Program-made: the position numbers and the translations under genes
The notes under the pieces: generated by a model
Database searches by the model: none
What the model was told of the DNA's origin: nothing
Seen by the model: only the letters and a program-made list of their open reading frames with translations
Assembly (NCBI GenBank): GCA_040954595.2
Contig: CM082583.2
Location: 7,004,849-7,068,848 of the forward strand
DNA: 64,000 bases
Direction of reading: 5' to 3'
Origin: Balanoglossus misakiensis
Lineage: Eukaryota > Animalia > Hemichordata
In this document: piece after piece, positions 26,291 to 36,835 of the stretch
Layout: every line of letters begins with the position of its first letter
Position numbering within the stretch: the first letter of the stretch is position 1

Positions 26291-28159
26291 TGTCAAAGCG
26301 AAACACGGACAGTTATCGCTTGAGTGCGGACATTAACAGCCAAGCGAGAAGGTGGATCGCGGAGGGAGTGACTACCGGTGTACGCTCGCGAGACGAAGAC
26401 ATTTAGGAGAGCCGAAACACGCAAGCCTGCCGCAGTGAAACGATTTGCAGCACCAGAAGATACGTTCAGGTAATCCCATAGGTAATAGACATGTCTATTG
26501 TCGGTGTATTGTGTGCGTGTTTTTAATATACTGGCGACAGACCGCAGCATAGCAACTGTCGTCGCGCGCCGTCTACTAACGTTCGCTGGTAACGTCTTGA
26601 CCCCACTATGTTTTTAATAATCTGCCGGTGCATTTTAGGTTTCGTCGCTCTGAATTAATTTATGAAAAGATGACTACAATCTCGCGTGCAAGGGGAAGCA
26701 GAACAGTACCCGAGCAACCAGGTTGTTAGCCGCGATACGTGATCACCCAGTCCTATATACGATCAGTGTCAACATGTATTAGCAGTGCGTGTCTCGGCAA
26801 ATGCATGTAGACGCGGTTTACTGACATCAGAGAATAACATTCCCCGACTCCCATGACAACCTTAAATGCAGTATCTACAATACACACATATTATTGAGCA
26901 GTTTCGCTCCGATTTGGTGAATTAACCTCTGTCGTCGCCTCGTCGATATGGCTACTCAGAAAGGCAATTTCTGAAACCACTAGGGCCTATGGCATCTGCC
27001 ATGTTTCGCACAGTAGCTCGATTGTACATCAATCAAACTACTGTGCGAGCTTCACTTCAGTAAAGCTATAACACCCATACCGAAACGTTCTGCTTTGGTG
27101 GACGAGACGGTGTGCTGTCATATCCAGTGAGACGTCTCAAGGTTGAAGTGGACCATCTTTTTTATCTTACGCGACACTTACGTAAACGATGTTTTTGAAT
27201 TGACGTGGTTTCACTGTCTTTACGACACTGTAGAGCGATTTGTAATCGACAATAAAAAAATCGTTCACACCGTATCGCTGTCTGCGCATATCTCATTCGA
27301 CCAGTGTCAGTTCTTTTCTTGTAGACTATAAGTAAAAAATAGACCCGCATTTAATTTTAGAAAACATTTGAACAATTATAATTTTTCATAAACTTTTATT
27401 TTTTTATTTTAAGAATACGGGTTTGTTGTGAACGTCGTATGATATTTCATTGCCATGCATCGTCACCGTAACATCCTTGCCTGCACTTGATATAGGGTGA
27501 AAAAGAAACGTTTTGTACCAGCTTGTGACATTGTTGGTTAGATAACACCATGGCAACGATCGAACATACCTGGGGAAGTAGACGCTTCTGAGCAATTTGT
27601 GAAATGAACAAAGGTGAATGATGATTGGCATGTGACAACGACGTTCACCTCTCATGTAAAATGATCGGGTAATTAAGCGAAATAAAAAAATAACCACGTC
27701 ACGTGAAAGAAATGTCCTTCGTTGCTCTTACTTAGAAGCCGAGCGATATCCCACGATGTCACAGTCTCCGCGGTCAGTGACTTCAATTTGTGAGGACGAC
27801 GCGCGACGCGCCTATTCGTTGCCGTGCAACAGGTGGTTGCCAGGCAGAACTCGACCCAACAGAGTGCATAGATACCAAACCAAAAATACTGCAGAGGAAG
27901 AGAAATTTTGTTCCTACCACCTGTCATTTCTTGCGAGAAACAAGAACAGATACACGTCGTCATTCAAACGTATCCAGCGGAGGTGCAAATTCCAGCAAAG
28001 CTCTTCATAAATTTTAAAGTTTTGCATTTGCAAGACATTATTTTGGAAAAAGTCAACTTTCACTATGGCCTAAAAACTTTTAACACAAACAGCAGCCACG
28101 CGGAAACGTTGTTGCAACTTTTTAATGCCCGCCAAATACTTCACAGTCAAACTGATCAT

Positions 28160-28230
28160 GCTGATTGGATTTCGATCAGCCGCCGTCACGTTTGTGACGT
28201 CACGCGTAGATTCCTTTTTATGACGTCACA
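28160..28230 (+). promoter_or_regulatory. Promoter with inverted CCAAT and two perfect CRE palindromes
   Basis: GATTGG ~28163; TGACGTCA at 28195-28202 and 28221-28228, ~400 bp upstream of the 98-aa gene; candidate UTR donor at ~28353 (AA|gtaaga). Confidence 0.5.
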
Positions 28231-28627
28231 GCAACAATCGCAGAACGTCTTTCGCAGTCATGACCATGTGTGGCCCCGCCGTGTATTCACCAATTCCGAT
28301 TATAATTCAAGCTTACAGACAGAAATATCCCAGATGAACGAGGCACAGAGAAGTAAGATGCTGCGAATTACTAGTTATTTTCTTGTGTGTGTACGTCACT
28401 TGTGGGTAAAGGTGTCGTGTAGATTTTTCGCCTTTGCTGGGTTTTTGCTGTTCCCGTTCGTCTGTTGGGGTCTACAGAGACATCAACAGCAGAACGAGAA
28501 CAGCAAATTCCCAGAAAAGGTAAAGACGAGCCTATTTCTACGGTGGATTTTAATCAGTTGGTCGTAGTTCTTACTAGCTGTGAGATTTATGGAAATCGGT
28601 TCGATTCGTTCTGCAGAACACTATAAG

Positions 28628-28924
28628 ATGGCGAAGAGGCAGTGGGGTACCGTCGAAAAACCAGCGAATATGGATCTCGGCCACCAAAAAATGACGAACT
28701 ACGAGATCGACCAGACAGTGGAGCGGCTATACTACGTCCCAAAACCAAAGGAGAGGGATTTCAAGAGAAACAATCCCAAACTATCTGAGGATCAAATCTC
28801 CGAAATGATGGATCGATTGACGAAAAATGCGGGAGAGAAGGCCCCCGATGCCCGGCGTATTGCAGAAGGACCCCTTAAGGACATGGGAATTGTGAACTCA
28901 TTTGCTTGGAAAGGCTACAACTGA
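28628..28924 (+). CDS. Uncharacterised 98-aa protein with two internal K[ML][ST]xx[EQ]IxxxxxRL repeats
   Basis: Acceptor ctgcag| at 28616, then aagATGG in good Kozak context. ORF MAKRQWGTVEKP...GIVNSFAWKGYN has protein-like composition. Internal repeats KMTNYEIDQTVERLYY / KLSEDQISEMMDRLTK. Confidence 0.75.
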   Translation: MAKRQWGTVEKPANMDLGHQKMTNYEIDQTVERLYYVPKPKERDFKRNNPKLSEDQISEMMDRLTKNAGEKAPDARRIAEGPLKDMGIVNSFAWKGYN

Positions 28925-30657
28925 CGAGATGAAATAATTGAGATTCTGTGACGATTGTCAAGTCAAAGAGGCGGAAATCAAGAGATATTTTTTTCTTTAA
29001 CATTTAGCACATTTAAATGATCTCACTTGCCGAACCAACACCACCACGGACTGATAATTCAGGCAATGCGTGACAAGTTTCTATCACTTGACTTCCACGT
29101 GACTTTCCGTGACACAGTACTTGGGTTGAAGTGTGCTGACAGAAACATTAACTCAGTTTGTTACCAATAATGCATTACAATTTGAATTTCTTCAACATGT
29201 GACCTGTGTGTGATGTATATTTAGGCCAGTTAGTTATTTTTATACGCATCGTGAAAAGGCCAACATGTATACGGCTAATTGTTGAGGTTATTTTTTGCCA
29301 GTCATCAAGAAAGAAAAGGGCGGGTTTTCTGAAACTTTCTGCTGTTCGCGAATACGTTCATTGCTGATCGTTTCATGTGCCCCATGTGAGAACTCGGTAA
29401 TGTTCATTTTACGGCAAATTTAGGAGAGCGAAAAGCCGTTCGCCATGAAGAGTACACTATGTGTGGTCGGTGAATTGAAAGATTCAGTCGCACGAGGGCG
29501 CTTTTTCCACACCATCTCTGCGTGGTGCTACGACAAAATTGTATCGCTTTTTGTACTTTTTACACGAATTACGATTTTTTCTAATGTTTCAAAAAAACTA
29601 TCATCTTCAAGTTCTTAGATGTCACGTGACATCAGGATGATATCACGAAAGAGTGAATGACTCGGACGTGAGAAAATAACTTGACAGGGGTCGACGCACC
29701 TAGATTCTGTATTAGTCTCCCCCTAAATAGGTGTAAACTTTCCTATATAATGAGTAGACATGGGGTAGATAGGTAGGTATAGGGTTGTAGGATTGTAATA
29801 TGTCATCGAAATCACGCTTGAGTTTCACCATATCAAGTACCTTGTATCTTTATATTTCTTTTATTTTGTGATCACCGTACACGTGTGCAGAGAAAGCATC
29901 CACTTCAACACCTGAGAATGGCTGCGTGTAAGGATTATTTGGAGTGCGTGATGTAATAAAGCACAAGCGGCTCGGAAGTCGACGTGGACATCTATAAATG
30001 TAACTCTCAGTGGGGTTGATACGAGTGTCAAAATTATATAATAAACACACATTTTCACTGCTTTTACATGATCCTTTGCGTGTGCGTGTTACTATATGAT
30101 ATATACACAGGGCTCGAGTACTTTTAAGCAACTGTTGCACGATTCAGCAGATTTATGCGAGTCGGCGTATTTTATCTGAAACGTTGCGGTATAATCATAC
30201 ATGGTAATTCACGACATACATATATATGCACGAGCGACAGCAATTTCTGTCTCTGGGGTGTTTTATTGTTATTATATTATACAGAGTATCATAATTTAGT
30301 ATAAAACATTTACAACCTGATCGCTCTGTTGGCACCATTAGTGACTGTTGTAATAAACAGTTGCGAGTTGGATCTGTCCGCACCAATTTCTGTCAGCGAG
30401 GCGGTCAGCTAGCTGCTGAACCAATAACAGAATCAAGATTTTGCACTGTTCACCTTATATGGTCTTTCACAATGCAAATGCTCCCACATATGCATATTCA
30501 TACTTCTAAACTGATCTCATCAATCTGTTGTCTCGTGCAACAGCTGCACGAAAAGTTGTGATCTAAAGTCTTTTAGGGTCACGTGTCTGTCGAGCGCAGT
30601 GCAAAGGGTCGAAAGTGGCGTAAACGTCGAAGGGATGTTATAGAAAGAACCTTTGAG

Positions 30658-31758
30658 ATGGTGGTTTCCGCTAAGAAATGCCTTTCAGTAACATTACTGT
30701 TCACAGCGACTTTCGTCATTGCACTTACCTACTTCCGTTTCACTATAGTAGATGTTCTCAAACCAACGTCGTTGCGTCCAGCCACGCTGTCTAATGCGAC
30801 GGCCAAGTTCAGGGCCCGGGAGGATGGCGGCGGCAAACCCGCCAAAGTGATCATACTCGCACGTCAACGCACTGGGTCTACGTACACGGCTTCGTTTTTC
30901 AAAAACAACCCCGATTGTTTTTTCGTCACCGAGCCTGGTTTTATGCTAGTGAAACATCTGGGGCTAGAGATGGATCGAGATGAATTCACGTACTTGGATA
31001 ACATACGCCCAATTCTCGCCGAGTTCCTGCACGGACTTTTCAACTGTAACTTTAGTGGTTCCCACATGGAAGTGTTCCTGAAGACGATGAACTCAAGTTC
31101 GTGGCTGATAGGTGGATCCGGTTTGGATCATTTGGAACGACCGAGAACAGAGGAAAGCATCACCCAGCTCTGCAAGTCGAAATCACTCATCGCTACTAAA
31201 GTCAACCGTATCAACAACATCATGCTTGTGCTGCCAAAGCTAAAACAGGATCACGTGAAGGTAGTACACCTTGTAAGAGATCCACGTGGCATGGCGCCTT
31301 CCCGGCAACAGCATGAGCGACTCCCCCGTGGCGGCACCGCCGCAAAATCGGGCACGTTCCGATTTGACCAGAGGCTTGAAGACGACATAATCGATTACTG
31401 CCTTTGGCTAGACACCAACTACCTGTTAGCAACAAACGGACCCGAGTGGATGGTCGGGAAATACAAAGTATTTCGGTACGAGGATGTCTCCAATCGTGCC
31501 CCTAACGTCGTCCCCAAAATATTCGAGTTCATCGGCGTCAAAATGCACCCATCTGTCCAAAGCATCATTGAACGGGAAATCAAGAGAGATCCAGACCACG
31601 GTCAGAAGTGGAGGACGGCGGCAACATTTGAAGAAGTTCGCAGAGTTCAGGAGCTCTGCCCCGAGAGAGTGTTTCAATCATTTGGATACGTGGTCGTGGA
31701 GAGTGAGGCCATGTTGAAAAATTACAACAGAAGCTTGGTTGTACCGTGGGAATACTAA
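30658..31758 (+). CDS. Golgi carbohydrate sulfotransferase, Gal/GlcNAc/GalNAc 6-O-sulfotransferase (CHST1/3/4/5/6-like), 366 aa, single coding exon
   Basis: First ATG at 30658 after acceptor ttttag| ~30576. Type II anchor (KKCLSVTLLFTATFVIALTYF), 5'-PSB VIILARQRTGSTY, FFVTEP, 3'-PB KVVHLVRDPRGM, RYED and KWR motifs. Confidence 0.92.
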   Translation: MVVSAKKCLSVTLLFTATFVIALTYFRFTIVDVLKPTSLRPATLSNATAKFRAREDGGGKPAKVIILARQRTGSTYTASFFKNNPDCFFVTEPGFMLVKHLGLEMDRDEFTYLDNIRPILAEFLHGLFNCNFSGSHMEVFLKTMNSSSWLIGGSGLDHLERPRTEESITQLCKSKSLIATKVNRINNIMLVLPKLKQDHVKVVHLVRDPRGMAPSRQQHERLPRGGTAAKSGTFRFDQRLEDDIIDYCLWLDTNYLLATNGPEWMVGKYKVFRYEDVSNRAPNVVPKIFEFIGVKMHPSVQSIIEREIKRDPDHGQKWRTAATFEEVRRVQELCPERVFQSFGYVVVESEAMLKNYNRSLVVPWEY

Positions 31759-32740
31759 CACCACTCACATTTCCTAAACTCAGTGTAGGCCAGCCATAGC
31801 TGTACAAGGTACATCATTTGGGGGAAGTATTTTGGATAAATATACCCCATATTTGTTAGATACATAAACACTGCGTGTTTCGTCCAATTTGGGGTAGTAA
31901 CTCAAGAAATACATCACTAATTACCAAATTTCACTAAGTATATAAATTTTCCGCTTTTTAACAAAAAAAAATGCAAAACTGTTTCAGGCTTGCTGCGTGC
32001 GAAAGGTAATTCTAGAAAATTTTATCATATTTCTGTAAGTGCTCTTGCGTGCTGCTATGTCTGTTAATTATGAAAAATAGCGATGACATGACACCTCTAA
32101 ATATATGTTCCATGATGTATGTACATTCACATGTCTGTGAGATCAATATCTCCACCAAATTGGGTGTTTTTTACAAATAATTTCGGATATGTATCTCTTC
32201 ATAGATATGTTCAGTTAATATGCAAATTAGCATTTAATGGTCATGACAGCCATGGTATTGTCATGGTTACGCATGCATCTCTGAAGCAATGCATACAGAA
32301 GTGTTATCAAGATAATGTATGTAAACGTATGGTCACGACTGTAGTCTGGTGATGTAATAATCATCTTTGATGGCACAGATCTGTACCACATGGTTGTTAA
32401 ATGAACCTGTTTTAATGTAGGGGCAAATTATCCGTACATGGTTCACATCTGGCTCCGTACCCGGATCATTACACACACAAATGTCAGCTCTGCATAAACC
32501 CCTACACCTAATGCACTTATGGAAGTATTCTTACACTATGTTTCTTTGCTAATAGATACCTGTATCTTAGGTTTCACGGGGTTGTGGCAGGACCAGATAG
32601 GAGTGAAAATACAACGTATTTGTATGTCAGTGTAAAAAGGGACAATTTATACTGCATTCTTTTTTCCAGTATTTTCAGTGTATGTTCCTGTATATTCCAG
32701 CCCAGTAGTAGTGCCCTCATTTGTATATTGTTTCAGATTG

Positions 32741-32918
32741 TTATAATTAGCAATGGGGTGCGCATTTTTATGTTGACAATTATAACAACGAGGTAATATT
32801 TTAGTAGAGACACCGCATCGGGGGAATACTTACAGATGTCATTAAGCGGTTTATAATTGCAATGTGGTGCACATTTTTATGTTGACAAATATAACGAGCT
32901 AACATTTTAGTAGTGATA
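32741..32918. repeat. Two-copy ~70-bp imperfect direct repeat (period ~110 bp)
   Basis: ttataattagcaatggggtgcgcatttttatgttgacaattataac...ttttagtag at 32741 and ttataattgcaatgtggtgcacatttttatgttgacaaatataac...ttttagtag at 32851. Confidence 0.75.
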
Positions 32919-33014
32919 TGTTTTTATTGGGATGAATAATTTATTATACATGAATATGTAGCTAAACTGTACAGCTGTTTCAAGCAAATACTATTTCTAA
33001 GCTTCTGGCCGGGC

Positions 33015-33043
33015 CCTGTACGAGATCCACGTGGAATGGCGCC
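33015..33043 (+). pseudogene. ~30-bp relic of a sulfotransferase paralogue (LVRDPRGMAP)
   Basis: cctgtacgagatccacgtggaatggcgcc vs the gene's ccttgtaagagatccacgtggcatggcgcc (~31269-31298); the differences fall at synonymous positions. Confidence 0.5.
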
Positions 33044-35024
33044 CCCTATAGGGAAAGACGAGACGATGGCGGCATAGTCTGTTCCTCTTCGAATGAACGA
33101 ATGAATACTTTATTTCACCTTTCTAACGTTGTTGGCGCTGCCAGCTACGGGGACGGGACATGGGACTAATGGCAGGTCGCTGTTGTTGATCCGTCTTTTT
33201 TATGATGAGAGAGTAGCGAGTTAATGCTCTCTCTCCCCTCTCTCTGTAGTGTTTGTCTCTGTGTGGCTGCCTCATTATTATATTTGAATCAATTTTGACT
33301 GTCAGGAACTGTCATGCAGTGGCAAGAACTGATTAGATTTTGGTGGGCGAGACTTGCATAAGAACAAAGTTATCAAATATCAAAATCTTTCTGTTAATGC
33401 CTCTTTATAGAGAACACCATGGCAGAATTGGCATATACAGTGAATCACTCAGCTTAATTGCGGCCGTTTTGGATAGTAAATTGGCGCAATTTTCACCAAT
33501 GCATGAACTAGTGTAGCGAACTTTATTTTTTATTGTAAATGTAAAAAATGCAAACGCCATTGTTTACTTTTGCTTGATCAAGCCGGGAGAACAACATAAC
33601 TATTTTTTCTTAAAGGTGCATACCGTCTCTATCTGATTTCAAACCGACGCAGCAACTGCACGGAACAGAATAGTACTAACCTTGTTTGAAACGCCACCAC
33701 TCTCAACTTAACGCTGGACCCGTTTAAACGGAATTGAGTGCTTTTAATAACGATTTTAAGTAACTCCATAAAAGGCAAGTCCCAGATTGTTGCACTGTTA
33801 AAATGCAGAAGATGTGTGGTAATCAATTCGACGTCGTCACATTATTGTCAAGTTATGTTTGGCGCCTTTATGCTCACCGCTCGGCATGTACGCTCGTCGA
33901 AGTACCGTAAACCGCATTATGCCTCTGCTGTCTTCAACCGTAAATATTCAATTCGGCCTGCAAAATTCTCCAGATTTAGTTTTCCAACCGTCTAGATCTT
34001 AGCTTGATTGCGAAGCTTAATTTGAAGCAAGGCAAAAGCCCGTGAAAATCTGAGTAAACCGTTAAATCGGGCAGAAATCAAACGCGCGCGTCCTTGCGTG
34101 ATTGGGGAGACCAAAAACCCGATCTCGATTTACGGTCGCTTGCCCTGATAAGACAACAAATACGAATAATAAGACGGTAGGAGGACAAATTGGACCATCA
34201 TGAAATTCCACTTACGCACTTCACTTGATAATTTCGGCAATTCATTTTCTAATCAACAACCAGTTAACTGTTCACTTCGCTGCACCTCGGGGGCACGACA
34301 ACATGCGCTTCCCGACAAAACACCGACAGAACAAAGTTTTCAATTTAAGAGGTTAATATAACGACCAATCTGACAGAAGGAAAAAAGGAGAGCTAATGAC
34401 TGTCAAAATTGGTCCAAATTATGCAAAAAGATAACTAAATAAAAAGGCATATTTAAAATATGTCACCGGTTTCACAAAAGCCGATTCGGCGCGACCAAAT
34501 CTGTTCACAATAACGAACCATGATAAAGATCGACATATCCCCGCATACTGATTTTATCGCTATGGGCCTTAAATTAAAGAAGGCAGGAAGTGGAAGTGAT
34601 TTTTGATGGCAAATTATTGAATAGAGACGGCTACGGGCTAGGAAAAACAATTAATTGTACACTGTAACAACACACACTGATTGAAGCAAATAGACCATAA
34701 AAGTATTAATTTTTTCATTCATTACACATTTGACGAATTACATGGCCGAAAAAACACAAATTATCGTCCGTATCATTGCTATTTGGATCGCGTTGGATCC
34801 TGGGAATAGATGACTCGTAAGTTGTTTTCCTATTGCGCATCGCCTATTGGGATAGTACAGACGTGAGTCGATGTGCGAATTCACCTTCCTATAGTTGTAC
34901 CACTGTTTCCAAAGTTGGTTGGATTAAATATTGTAAGACGTATACCTTCGGGGAAAATGGCACGTTTAAAAGATGGTTGTCCTTCATCTCGTATTCCGTG
35001 GACCAGAAAATTATCACATGCACT

Positions 35025-35267
<243 letters not shown>

Positions 35268-36835
35268 CATCACAAACCTAAAACGTTCGTATACTATACT
35301 GCAAACTCACATATACTTAGGGATATCACAGTATACAGTCCGATCGTTCGGGCCGTCAATAAATATCTCACCATACACGGTTTCAGTGATAGGCAAAGAC
35401 GTTTGAAAGAGTCGTTTTATTAAGTTAAAGACCTACAAACAATTACGTTAAAATGTAATCCGGTAGAGGCAAAGTCGTTGAGGCGCCACTATCGTGTCCC
35501 CAGCCACCCTTAAGGTCATGATCCCTCGATCGAAGTCAGAAAACTTCAATTAAGTCTACTGTAAATTAGACGCTAAATACTCTGATTTCGCAGACACTCG
35601 GCTGGGTTCTTATAATCTTTTCTGATTTTTTATGACGTTCGCTGTAAATTGCATCAAACGAAGCTTCCAGTTGGTAATCTGGCGTATGCTGGAGTTGTCA
35701 CGTCATGACGTCATTTAGGACCAATCCATATTCGTTTCTCAGCTAACCACGTGACCTCAGTCCGCGGCAACTCCAGGCGGCTTTTAACTTCAAGATTGGA
35801 CGTACTTATATTGAAATGTAAAGTGTGACTCTACGGGTTTTTTTATAGTCCGCGGGAAAATTCATCAATGATCACGCCACACCAGGTTTCACTTTTCAGG
35901 CCGATTTCTGGAGAAATCTGACGGGTTTAGTTAATACCCGCCGTACATCATGCGGTTCAATAGATCAAGACAAATTAAGCCGATTTTGATAAAAAATGCT
36001 CGGTAGATTCTGTCTAATTTGACATGAAAACGATTCATTGTACGTCTTTCCCTTTTTTCGCGATAGCTAAATTTCCACTTCAAAGAGCCCACGGCGACAC
36101 TTCCCCCCGTTTTCCGTTCTGATTAAAAGTAATTTGTTTCCGAGGTGCTCTGTGTTGGGGGACTTGGGAAATTTCTTGACTTCCCCTTAGATTCCGAAAG
36201 GAAAAAAATAAAATATCTAGAAGCTTCTACTACGGGAGTTCTTTCATTTTGGAGTGCCCTCAGATACCGATTGGCGGATAAAAAATCGAAAAGCAGATAA
36301 TCTCTAAAGAATGGATTTTGTCGCAACGAACATTTGGATCAATCGAAGACAGCCCATTGAACAAATTTTCGAATGATTGCCTTGTCGTATTAGGTTACGG
36401 ATGTATTTAATTCCCGGCGATTAAATAATTATGAATACCACGTCTCTTTTAATCTCCAATAAATTAATCTAGTTGGTAGTGCCCGGGGTGGGTTCGCTGA
36501 GTTTATTGCAATTCACCGTTAATCGTGTTTGCGTTGAATAAACTTGCCGATTTGATCTGATCGCTGCTTTGTGTTCAAAGCCTTTTTCATTTAGTTTATC
36601 ACAATTCCCTCAAGTCTCGTCTCCCTGACGAGATTTCATTCGCGTAAGGTTCTTTGCTGTGTCCACGATAAAACCGCTTTGCTGTTGAATAGACTCACCA
36701 TGTCTGGTCATTTGATGTTTTTTTTCCCGATTTATCTTGCGTGTAATAAGGGTTATAAAAGTGCGAATATTGGTGATTTTGTCATTCTTTGGACATCGTT
36801 CCCTATAACTTATTCGGAAAGTCGAGTTTTTGTCA

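Noticed and set aside
27908-28567. 219-aa ORF
   Set aside because: Non-ATG start, atypical composition, and it overlaps the promoter/5' UTR of the 98-aa gene; no recognisable motif.
30583-30657. N-terminal extension of the sulfotransferase in the ORF track
   Set aside because: Begins at GTG; the first ATG at 30658 gives a normal short cytoplasmic tail before the TM anchor.
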